This document shows, piece after piece, positions 1 through 12,800 of a stretch of 64,000 bases of DNA; the first letter of the stretch is position 1, and every line of letters starts with the position of its first letter. A model generated the notes under the pieces. It had not been told where the DNA came from. It saw only the letters and a list, made by a program, of their open reading frames with translations, and did not search any database. The stretch is from a virus (lineage: Duplodnaviria; Caudoviricetes). The position numbers and the translations under genes were made by a program. Where the stretch lies: IMG/VR virus record IMGVR_UViG_3300011008_000002; one strand, 5' to 3'.

Positions 1-771
1 CGCAGCATTTGCTAGAGCATTTTCAACAAATGCTCCAATAGAACCTGATTTATTCTCTCCTTCTTTATTCACATCTACATTCATATATGTAGCGTTTGCT
101 GTATAGTAACGCCAATCATAATTTCCAAAGGTATAACCAGGAGCCCACGGAACTCGTTTATCAGCAATACCAATAAAAACAGCCATAAGCTTACATAATA
201 CATTCACCTTTGCCATAAGCTCACTGTAAATACTTCTTCCGTTATCTGCTATCGTCTTTAGTTGGTAATAACGTAAGACATCATCACCAACTTTATCGGC
301 ATCAAGATTTCCAAAAATTTTGTTTAACGCAGTATCTATACTGGATGAATCAATAACAGCATTGAAGAACCCTTTCCTTTGTTCATCCGTCATACCAGGT
401 AAAAATTCCGGAACACCAGGTTGAAAAGCAACAATCGGTGCTTCGCCGATAATTCTTTCAGCGAAAGATCTACCCAACCTAGTATCTGAACCTAGTCTCG
501 GGTCAGTTATATCTGTAAATTGATGAGGAATACCAAATATCCTCATCGAATTTCTTAGTTTCTTATCAAACTGACCGTTCATGGAAAAACTGTCTTCCAT
601 TCTTCGTTGGTTTTCCTGTTTGCGTTTTTCGGCTTCTCTCATCTTCTGAGCGGCAGCCGCATTTATATAATTTGCTCTTTGTAGTTCGTCAATACTCATT
701 GTATTGGCAACTTCTCGTGTAATTACTTTCTTCTTTTTATTAGTGCTTGTCTTAGTTTTCGTTTCTGGCAT
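1..771 (-). CDS. Probable virion structural (tail/baseplate) protein, 3' end truncated by the window edge
   Basis: ATG at 771 (MPETKTKTSTNKKKK...LRNSMRIFGIPHQFTDITDPR...) with an RBS-like AAGGACGGTG upstream. The frame runs toward position 1. It lies directly downstream of the tape measure, and function is inferred from that position. Confidence 0.6.
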   Translation of the reverse strand, partial: MPETKTKTSTNKKKKVITREVANTMSIDELQRANYINAAAAQKMREAEKRKQENQRRMEDSFSMNGQFDKKLRNSMRIFGIPHQFTDITDPRLGSDTRLGRSFAERIIGEAPIVAFQPGVPEFLPGMTDEQRKGFFNAVIDSSSIDTALNKIFGNLDADKVGDDVLRYYQLKTIADNGRSIYSELMAKVNVLCKLMAVFIGIADKRVPWAPGYTFGNYDWRYYTANATYMNVDVNKEGENKSGSIGAFVENALANAA

Positions 772-801
772 TTATATCACCGTCCTTTTTATAGGTTAAA
801 A

Positions 802-838
802 GACAGAGTGATGAGGCATAATACCTTATCACTCTGTC
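802..838. terminator. Hairpin between tape measure and next gene
   Basis: Inverted repeat GACAGAGTGAT...ATCACTCTGTC with a short U-tract on the minus strand. Confidence 0.6.
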
Positions 839-855
839 CAAAATGGTTTAAAATC

Positions 856-3800
856 TCAATCGTTCAGCATACCACTAGCAAGTCTCTTTGCAACAGCATA
901 TCCAGAACGGTCTGATGTACCTGGGTTACTCGACGACCCATTGATAGTTGGAGTATTGAAAGTGTTAGAGGTATTTGTCTGATTGATAACACCACTTCCA
1001 AAGTCCTTTTTGTTAAGCGCATCAAGTTCTGTATTCGTCGTACCAGTGTTGCTGTCGATATTAGACAGATAACCGACCATCACTTTAAGTAACTGTGTTA
1101 TTTCAGAGGAATTCATCGAATTGATGGTGACGTCTCTAGTCATTATCTCCCTAGTTCTAGGATTCATATCTCTTGCATAATCCTGACGTACAGGAGATAC
1201 ATCAAATGCACCATACCCACCTCTTGCAGTTACATCTTCAAGTACCGGTTTTATCTTTGTAGGAGTAGATTTACGACGAGAACCAATGGATGTTTTAGAG
1301 CCTTTACCACCCTTTCCACCCATAGCGGAAATCATCACGTTGTTCTTCTTATCGACAACTTTCTTACCAACTGTACTGTTAGTTCCATTATCAACAAGTT
1401 GAGCCGTAGGTGCCTGAACATTCTTTAGTTCATCATATATACTCCTTGCATATCCACGCCTAGCGGCGTTGAAATCTGGCTTCTTATTATGATAATCAGC
1501 ACTAGAATTCTCATACCAATCTAATGCAACAGTTGCAGCATCTTCAGGAGTAGAAGCATTATTAAGCCTATCCATAAGTTGGAATTGTTTGTTCCTGTAA
1601 TTGAACTCACTAGGACCTTCAAATGCAAACTGAAGTTGCGTACTAAGTGTACCCCAGTTACTACCACCAAACTTCTTAAGCTGTTCACCACGAGGACCAG
1701 TCCATTGTGCCAATCCAAGACCCGGATATAAGTTTCCATCAGAACCTTTATATGCATCCTGATTTATCGTCAATCCGTTATTAGCATATCTCTGGAACAA
1801 TCGTTGTGTCCAGTTATTCATAGTAGCTCGGTCATTATACATCTTATCATAACCTGGGAAATCACCTAAATAATCACCTTCCATACGGTTCGGTGAATTC
1901 GATGATTCAGCTTGCCAAGCACCCATAAGACCCGCAGCCGCAATCGGTGAGAAATTCTTTGTAAATCTCAGGTAGTTCCAAATCTGTTCCCTGTTAGATT
2001 TACCGCTAAGGGGTATTTCTTTAGCAGTACCAACAGAACCACTATCAGAGCTATAAGAGTCACTTACAACATCAGCAGCAGTTGCTGCCGGAGATTTAAG
2101 TCCAAGTTTTTCATAAATCGGGTTCATGATGGCTCCAGCAAGACCAGACAACAGTCCTGCAATACCCGTTCCTGTACTTGTACTTGTTGAAGATGACGAG
2201 TATGATGAACCGCTATCATATGCAGCACTAGCAGTCGTACTTCCATCTACACCGAACTCACTAAGAGCATCTTCACCTGCTTTACCAAGACGCCATACTG
2301 TTTCATGTGCTCCACCAGCAGAAGTAGGTATAGCACTATTCGTTGATGCATCATCACCGCAGTTGTAAACGTAAGTCTTACCGTCTCTGATGTAAGCAAA
2401 TATCTCAGTATGACCACTTCTACCAAGGATATCACCTTCCCTAAGCTTATCATAACCCGGGAATGCAAATGGTGTAAATCCTGTAGCTTTCATCGTGGCA
2501 TCATTAGGATTCCTTACATTCGCTGAAGAGATATTGGTATTCTCCTTCATCACGCCGTAATACTTAAGACACGATTGTACATATCCAGAGCAGTCTGTAC
2601 GTGCGCTAATTGTCCTACCACCGACTGTAATCTTGATATAACGTGTCTGGCTATATCCAGGCTTCTGAGCTGCGATAGCTTCCTTAACAGCTCTGACGAT
2701 AGATAACCACTTCTCGTAATCTTCAGCTTCTTTCTGAGCTTCAGTCTTAACGCTATTCTTCGCTTCTGTAATTTTGTTGACTTTGGTTTTAGAAACACTT
2801 CCACCGTCATTAACAACAGTAGCTGTGGATACAGGTCCCTTACCACCGAATATTGCTCTAAAACCATGTCTCCTAGGAGAACCATAACCACCGTTACTAC
2901 CAAATGCCCACATACCAGTTGTGTCATTAAGGACATCATCCATACGGTATGCACCAGAGTATTCTCTACCCCTCGGATCATTGATAATAACATTATTATT
3001 TGCATCTATTCCAGTAGCAGTTACATAATGTCCCTCTGATGTATACGGACTATTTGTAGCTCCACCTCTTGCTCCCTGTAGTATTACAGAATTACCATTC
3101 TCCAAAGAACCTACAAGAGACTCTTGAGACGGATTTAATTGAGCATTGGGAATACCAAGAGCATTTCCTGCTGCACTGAAATATCCTGGAGTTGTTCCAG
3201 CAGATGTACTATATCCACCGGCTTCACTCATTTTAGCCATAGTAATGGGGTCATACGGTTTCCCAGTAGCTTGAGATGCAACCATAGCCATAGCAGTAGG
3301 TCCACATCCCGCGTCACCGATTGTAGCACCATCTCCACCAAAACCACCTGTAATTCTATAAGGTTTATTTTTGTATCTCGGGTCATTCTGAGAATAATAA
3401 GGCATACCATTAAGATATCCCTCTTCACCCTTACCACCGTTTACTGGACGTCCACCGTCATTACCACCACGACCAATGTTCATAATCGCAGTGCCTAGGC
3501 TATTAACGCCATTAGCAAACCACTTTCCAATACCAGATAAACCATCTTTGACCGTATCAACAGCATTAGAAGCAAATTCTCCAACATCATCAACAACGCC
3601 AGAAATAGCTTCGCCAATTCCATCAACGGTATCACCTAACCAACTAAACGCTCCTTTAACAGCTCTAACAATTCCAACATAGATACCCATGACTCTCTTA
3701 ATAATAGCAGAAAGTACACCGCCAACTACATCGGACTCATTCTCAGCCATTGATTCATTATCCCAAGTTTTCATATCTTTCTTAGGATCAGTATATTCGT

Positions 3801-6800
3801 TGAGCGTCTTTATGAAATCAAGTGATTTTCCACCATAATCAACAACGGCACCGATTGACTTCGTTACAAAACCACCTATTGCTTTACCAGTTGACACTAT
3901 TGCTCCAATAGGAGCTAACAAGAACTTCTCAGCACCATATATAGCATTGACAAATCCACCAATAGGATTACCTTCTTCATCAACTCCCTCATAATCATGA
4001 AGTTTTTCAACGTCGCCGTTTAATGCAAGAGTACCAAGTATAACTGATGTTTGACCAATCTGACTAACTGTATTGGCAACCGCAGCGACACCTTTCTTGA
4101 TACCATCTGCTACAAAACGTCCACCCTTCATCACCAATGCAGGTAGATAATAGAATATCTTAGCACCTGACAAAATACCAGTGAGGAATCCACCAATGGG
4201 ATTATCTTCGGATGCTTTGAACGTAAAGTCATTCAAAGAGTCTATATCACCATTGAACGCATAACTACTTAGCGTAGCAACATTGGTTCCGATATCAATG
4301 GCTGATTGTTTTACAGTATCAAATACCTTCAAGATACCACTACCAATTGCTCTAGCAACCTTCGATACAAGTGCAACCGGATACAAAGGTATTCTCTCTA
4401 TACCAACTATACCATTGATAAATCCACCAATGGGATTATCCTTAGACGTTGTTATTGTATAATCAGAAAGACCATCGAAGTCACCCCTTAGTGCAGTTCC
4501 GAGAAGATCTTTCTTATTATTGATATAATCACCAACTGCTGTCTTAATACCATCAAAGACTTTTGATATAGCACCACCTACAGCAGTTCCAACTTTCTTC
4601 AGTATTCCACCAACTAAAAGTTTTGGGAACATTATGAATTTGGATACATTGAGTACAGCTCCGACTGCACCGTGGAACATGTTGTCTTCTTTAAGAGGGT
4701 TGACATCAGCTTTGAAGTAATCCATGAAGCTGTTTTCTTTGTTATAGAAATTATCAGAGATTTTCTTGAATCCACTCATGATTCCCGCAGCGGCAACAAC
4801 ACCATCCTTGCCAACATTAGCAAGTGCAGAACCAACGTTTCCAAGTACCTCTTTCCCCTTATTGAATACTGAGGATGCACCGCTAGCAATCCCAGATCCG
4901 ACTCCTTTAACGCCGTTCCATACAGCAGTAGCTCCAGAAGCGATACCACTACCGATACCTTTAACTCCATTGACGATTCCGGAACCAATTCCTTTAACGC
5001 CATTAACAATACCTGAGCCAATACCTTTAGCACCGTTTACAACAGCAGCACCAACTCCCTTTATACCACCACCGACGCCTGTGATAAGGTCATAACCTCT
5101 TCTAATGAGTGATTTATTGGTTTTCGAATTATATTCTGAGCGAGTAGTTGACAAACTAGAAGCCTTAAATTCCTCATAGGACATTGCTTCCCGTCCACCT
5201 CCTTCTTCGCCTTTCTTATAGGCTTCATATTCCTCAGCAACATAATCCTCATAACCTTTGGTGAAATCATCCTGAGCGTTCTTAAGAGCTTCTTTTTCTT
5301 CTTCACTAGACATAAGGTCATATGCCCAAGAAGCAACACTCTTAAGGAAATTTATCCCAAGGATTTCATAAGCCAAACTATTGATAAAATCAATTACCGA
5401 GCCCGCAGTTGTATTAAGCAATCCCTTAAAGACAGCGGCGATAGCACGCATCTTCATATCAACATCACTGGGATTTACCTCAAATAAAGCACCTGCATTT
5501 GACAATCCATCAAGGACTCCATATACAATAAACCCTGCGGTTAATATTCCTGCTGTACCAACTTCGGCAGTAGCTTTCGCTGTAATCTTACCAAAGAATG
5601 TCTTAATCTTAGTTACAAACTTGCCGAGTATATTACCGTTTAATAATTTATCTGTAATTGGCTTTATGAAGCTTTTTAATTTAGCAATTGGTAACTTAGT
5701 ACCAATCTTCTCACCGGCAGCTACAAGCTTTTCCATAAGAAACGTTATAGCTTCACCCGCTTTTGTGATAAACTTCTGAACTATTTCTGTATTACCAACA
5801 GCTCTTACGGCATCATCGGCAACTCCCTTAACAGAAGAAGCTACTTTACCAACATTTCTAGCAGCATCATCAGCAAATGCACCTGCCTTTGAAGCAACCG
5901 CAGAACCAAACTGACCAACCTTAGAGGATGCAATCTTTGTTCCTACGTTCTTTGCAGTATTAGCAACACCCGCAGCAACATTGTCAGCCGCACCAACGAT
6001 ACCACTAGCAATTTTCTGTCTAAATGATGCTTGACTAGCCAGTTCTGTATATCCCGCATTCTTAAGAGCATTTAACTCTCTACCAGAAGCAAAGAACCTA
6101 CCAGTAGCAGCACCAATCTTCTTAGCGGTAGGAGCAACCTTGTCAAATACCTTAAGTGCAGGAATTACAACCTTATGACCAACCAAATTGGCTTTAGACT
6201 CTGACATAGTAGTCCAGTCGTTCCTATAACCCCATTCACCATTTCTAATGTCAACCCTAGTTCTAGTAGGAGTAAAGAACTCTTTAACAGGATTACTATC
6301 CCTCGGAGTTGTTACAAGATTTCCGTCTTCATCATATACAAGATTACCATTCTCATCAACCATCGGAGAAGTTGCGGTACCGTTTATAACATTTTTAGCA
6401 TCCTCAACTTGCTCTCCAGCATTATTAACAAGCCCAAGTAATCCACCAATTTCCCCAAATGCAGTCTTAATATCCTTAAGTATCTTTCCAATGAGATCCT
6501 GTATGTTGAAGTTCTTAATGAAATCAATAACTTTTGGTAGAAGTTTTATGACGAACGGTAACGCTAACATAATACCTGCTGTAATAAGACCCTTCTTACC
6601 AAACATACTGCTGAATATAGACTTATGTTCAACAGTTGCTTCTTTTGTCTTACCGAGCATATCAAGGAGCTTTGTTCTAAACTTACTCTCCTCTTTGGCT
6701 TTGTCAGACGCAGCAAATCTTTCAAACAAAGATGCACGAGCACCCTTATCGACCTGAGCCTGACGATTAGCAATCTTTTCGTTAAACTTCTCTCTTAATG

Positions 6801-9800
6801 CATCAAATTTAGAAGAAGCTGACGACTTAATTGCACTAAATTTATTTTTGATAGATGTAGCTACAGACGTTCTATTGTCGTCATCTGCAAGGCTTGCATC
6901 TGTTCCTGCGGCATCATCTCCTGCTCCTCCACCAGACATAGAGGTATCAACAGAAGTATCACCTACATTCATGTCAAGATGTTTTAAAGCTTCTTTATCT
7001 TCGTCACTAGACTTTCCAAATCCAATGATTTTCTTAAGAAAATTACCAAACGGAGAAGACTTACTCGTATCCGAATTTGCATCTCCACCTATAAAGATGG
7101 ATGCAAGATTACTTATTGCACGATTATTGAAACCAGATACAACTACGTATACAGGGTCAGATTTTTTCTTCTTAGGTCCAATACCAAATCCGCCCAAAAT
7201 AGGTTTCACAGGAAGTGGCTTAGGCTTAACATCATCTCCACCCATACCATCAGAATGAACTTGTTCAATGTTTCTTATACGTTTCACGAGGTCAAGTGTA
7301 CCGCTATCCACGATAACATGAACAGGACCTCTTCCACCAAGAGCATTCTTTCCAAGATTAAATAATCCTTTGGCGGCTTTGAACGGAGCAGTTGCTACAG
7401 CAGCAACACCTCTTCCAATTCCTTTACCTACGAATTTAAGCGCACCCCAAGCACCTCTTAAAATATCACCACCGATAACGCCTGCCGCAGACAAGAGACT
7501 GCCTAATCCAGACAACGCTCCACCGAGTAATTGTCCAAATCCTCTTGCTGCTCCGGCTATTGTATTACCAATAGCTGCTACACTATCGACAACAAGATAC
7601 CCGGCAGCTTTAATTCCACTACCAATTACAGAGACAGTTGCGCTTAATGCCTCTCCAAGAGCAGGAAGCATAGCTCTAACCGCTGAAAGACCGGTATGTA
7701 TAATGTCAAACGGAAGCTTTATAACTTCAAGAACGACATTACCTAATGCTTTACCAATTTCTGCAACTGTACTAACAACTAGACCAACTCCGTTTTTGAG
7801 AGCAGTTCCTGCACCCTTGATGAGATTTCCAATGTTAAGAAATCTATCTTTAATACCACCAAGAACTTCACCAATTTTGACAAATGGTGTAGTTATGATG
7901 TTTTTGATAGCCTCAACAGGACGATTGAACATTGTACGAAGTTTACCAAAGAACCCAACATAAGACTTATTATTATCACCCTTAATGTCATCATCCTTGA
8001 TATTATTGATTTTCAACATCATCCGATAAATCTTATTGACGTTGCTACCAACACCATTCAACTGTCCATATACAGAGTCAGCTATCTGATGTACATCTTT
8101 CTGTATATTAGTATAGAAATTACCCTTCTTAGGTTTCTTTGGTCTATTTGTCGTATCTGTAGTAGAACCAACTGTTTCAGGATTGTATCCTTCTTCAGTT
8201 CCTTCTGTGGAACTTTGTTCTGTTACGCTTCTCGTATCAACAGAACCAGTGTTCCGCTGATTTCTATTGCGATTTCTTCTGTTTCTCCTACGCCTTCTAT
8301 TCCCTGACGTTGAAGTATCGCTTGTCCTTTCTCCTCTGAAAGAACCAGTTAATGTACTTACCCTTTCTAGTATAGTAGAAAGAATATTATTCGTTTCTCT
8401 TGTCTCTGTGGTTTGTTCAGTTACCGCAGTTCTAACAGTCTCTGATGCATCAGTAACTGTTGCAACCGTTGGTGCAGCCTCGCTAGAAGTAGATGGAGTT
8501 ACAGTAGGATTGGTATTAACTTCAGTGGTCTTTTTTCTAGGACTAAGTAACCTAGCAAAGAAACCTCTATCATCCTTCGGTACGTCAGTACCATTTTCAA
8601 TAGCGGCTATCTTAGCTTCAGTCTCAGCACGAACTGCTGCTTTCCTAGCTTCTTCACTTTCAAACCATTTACCATGAGATGTATCATACCACGCACCGTT
8701 TTCTCCAAATTGGGCAGCGGTACGAGCTTTACCGTATTCAGTATCCTTCTTGAAGAAAGCCTTGAACTTCTCCCATCCTGATGCAAGAAATCCATGGTCT
8801 TCACGATACTGGTCTTCAAATGATTTCGCTCCACGTTTCTTTTGATTTTCATATGCACCTCTACCCATTGCACTGAAAATCTTAAATGGAGCTGATATAA
8901 TCCCACCTACAATATTACCCAATCCACTAAATATAGAGTGAAGTAAGTTCTTCATGGGTTTGATAAGATGCTCATCAACAACCTTTCCGATAGGATCAAC
9001 AACTTTGTCGAAGAATTTTTCTTTTATCTTATCAAAGAATTTATTGAAGCCTTCCTTTACTTTTCCAGCAACATACTTAGCTTCTTCCGTAATCGGCTTT
9101 AACGCAGTTTCAAACGGAATTACCATATTCTCTTTAACGAAACCGAGAATTTTTACTTGAGCAATTTTAACACTCTTTCCCAAAGGATCAAATATCTTAT
9201 CCTTCATATAAGTACTAAACTTGCTAAATACTCCGCCACTACGTTTTCCATTCTCGTCTTTTTCTCCAAAGAACCAAGTCTGGAATTTATCTGATGCTAA
9301 ACCAATTGATGCAGCTGACCCAAGTAATGCTCCGAGAATTGGACCACCCGGTAAGAAGAATGAACCTATAATTCCTACTCCGGCTCCAATACCACCATCA
9401 ACTGTTAATCCTTTGAGGTTTTTATCCTTACCAAAAACTTCTTTTAATTTCTTTGATAGACCACCAGTTGGATCATCTTTAGTACCACCCTCACCATACA
9501 AAAGGGTATTAAATGCTTCTGATTTAGTAGCTAGACTAATAGCTCCACCTATTAATGCACCACCAATAGGACCACCAGGTACAAAGAATGAAGGAAGTAA
9601 ACCAAACGAAGCGGCTAAACCAGTGCCAAGTCCGATACCTATACCAGTTTTATTATCCTTAAAGAAGTCTTGGAATTCTTTTGTTATAAGACCACCCTGA
9701 CGTTCACCAGTAGTTTCATCTTCAGGACCAAATAAGAAGTTCTGTAATCCTCTTGATTTGGAAACAATTCCAATACCTGCTCCAAGAAGAGCACCACCAA

Positions 9801-12800
9801 TAGGACCACCAGGAAGAAACATCGAACCAAGAAGACCCATATGTCCATTAAGTACCATAGTTCCAACAGAACCAAGTACCGCAGAAGCTCCTATGAATCC
9901 TTTCTGTCCCTGCATATCTTCTTTGAACTGATCAAAGAATTCAGAACTACCGGGCATATCCCCGAATACGTTATTTGAGAAATTATCAGCGCGTTCTTTA
10001 ATACGGTTCCAAACCGTATCCATACCTCGTGCTATCTTGGTGCCAATAGTTTCATCTGGATTGGAGTCATCAAGTCCAATAGCTTTACCAATACTACTGG
10101 TAACATTACCAAACATCCTCTTCATATTGCCTAATACGCTATTATCAGGCTCTATGATTTGTCCGTCAGAACCTCTTTCACCAAGTATTGCATTCTTAAC
10201 CTGCTTACCCATATCCTTGAGGGAATTAGCAGTTTCACTAAATAGCCCACCAGTATAATCACCATTCTTATCTTTGGTACCCATAAAGAATTCAGATGTC
10301 TTGGTAACTACAGTGTCGAATTTGGCTTTGAAATCATTGAAAAGATCAGTTTGTTTGAATTTTGTCCAAATACCGTCGTCGCCGAACATGGCTTCATCCA
10401 ACGGTTTCAATATTTTATCGTCAATGAAAAAAGCGAATTTAGAAAATCCGGCTTTTAATGTATCAATACCTTTATCAAACAAGGCATGAAATCCTTTGTG
10501 TCCGTTCGGATTACCAAATACAATCTGAAAAAGAATATCATCCGCTTTCTTGGCAACATCTGCCATCTTTGATGTACCACTGGTAATCTTATTATTTGCA
10601 CGAGTAAGTATCTTCTCAAGTCCTGTACCACTAGGAACGAACTTAAGTATTTTACCTATCACAGTTTCCTTATTAGCCTGAGCTTGGGCTTCCATTGTAC
10701 TATGATAAGCTTCACTTGCAGCATCAATTACATCACCACTAAGATTACTATCAGTAGGGTCAAGTCTACCCTGTGCTATATCTCTTGCACGTCTCTCATC
10801 AGTATAACTGCTACGTGGTGCACTTGGTTCTGCTCCTCTACTCTTATCAACATCTTCCTTAAAAGATTTGGTTACTCCAGAAACACGATCCCTAATCTTA
10901 CTCAGTTGGTCATTACGATTACCACCTCTACGCCTACCAGTTTCTCCAACAGGAACGACATAGATACCTGTATTGAGAGTTGTTAATATCTCTCTGAGGT
11001 AATAAGTCTGGTTATGACCATATTTATCAACTACTCCAGCAAGTAAACCTGATACAGAAGCAATCTTTGTTTTATCATCCTTGAAATAGTTAAGGTGGGA
11101 ATCTGTCCCGCCGATAGCAGATGCTTTAGCTTTACCAGAATCACCATGAGTTTTAGCAGATGTATCTAATCCAGTACTTTCATAAAGAGTATTGTATCGA
11201 GTTGGGTCTTGCTGTCTTTCCCTATTCTGTCTGTCAATAAGGGCTCTCTGTTCCTGAACCTTACTTCCAAACATCCTAGTTATTCCAGCATTATCATGAC
11301 CTTCCTTACCATTGAAGTAAGAACGGATAAGTTGAACAGCAAAACTATTAGAATTGTAATTTCCTCCAGTTTTTCTATTCAGAAGTTCAACTATGTCATC
11401 CTGATTACCCTGACCGTTACGTCCACCTTTACGATAAGTACGTCCACCGTATTCATCAGTAACAAGCCCGCTTATAAAGCTACGGAAAAGATCTTTATTC
11501 TTATCAATCTCTTCCCTGCTCATTGCAAAGGTCTTCTGTAGATACTCACCAAAATCAGAAATATCATCACTGTATAGAGAGGTTTCTCTTTGAAGCTTAT
11601 CTTTGGCAGCCCTCTCTTCCATAGTTCTGATTTTTTCAAACTGTCCAGTTTCGTAATTGAAACCTAATTCCTCTGTACCTGATACGGTAGCATAAATTTT
11701 ACGAAGTAATGTGGGAATAACATTTACAAGAGCCTGATGGTCTGTACCAGTCCAAGCGGTTACTCCCTTATTGTAAGCTCCCTTATCAAGATCTTTTATT
11801 GTAATCTTATTCTGTAGACCAAATATCTGACCTATTGCTCGTAGTATAGCATTGTCTGAACGCTGTAAACCAGATACTTGATTTAGTACAGCAACTCCCG
11901 TCTCTTTTAACTGCTCATCGAATGCAGTTAATGCATCTTTCACAATGCCAGGAATAAGTGTTTTTACAACAGTCTTAGGGATAAATGATAATGGATTTTG
12001 AGCCATCATTTGCAATGTCTCTTTATTATCCATCATAAATTTGAATTGAGAAAGAAGCATATTACTATCAGTAAAATTACCAAATTGCTTCTTGACTTGT
12101 CCTAAATATCCCTGAAAATCAAGTCCACCACCTGCTGTAAACATATCCATGACGTTATTGTAATCTCTAAACGTCCTTGTATTTACAGTTGCCGATGGTG
12201 TAGAAAGTTTTATAGCTTCAAGAATTTGAGTTTGAAGAGATATGCTATCCTCGTAATACTTGGCAGCTAATGCTGAATGTTTAGATAGACTCTCTAACCC
12301 ACTAGATGATATTATCGCAACGTTTTCATTGATTGCAGTAAGAGATGCATTGAATTCGTTACGCATTCCGCCGAGCATATTTAACATTGCTCTAGCGTTT
12401 GTATTATTGTAATCAACGACTGCCTTACCGACATTTGTCATCACTTCGGTCTGATAGTTGGTAGACCTTACTAATGAGCTATCGGGTCCAAGGTCAGTAT
12501 TCACAATAATGCTAGTTACATCAACTTCACCGTTTTTCTTTCGATTGAACGATGCGACTGATGAACCATCTGATGACTCTACAGAACTAGAAAAATCATC
12601 CGAGCCTTCTCCGACATCGAAATCTTCCATTCCGAAATCACCCATGTCCATCATGTCATTATATTGGTCTTCAAAGAATTTATCAGCTCGTTCTTTATTA
12701 TAGAACTTACCAGATTTTAAGTCATCTAATGAATTCTTGAAGACTTCTCTACCGAGATTGATATAATAGTTTTTGTCTATCGCATTTCTCAAAGTTCGAT

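Noticed and set aside
1521-12703. Many small ORFs overlapping the tape measure
   Set aside because: Antisense or out-of-frame shadows caused by codon bias.
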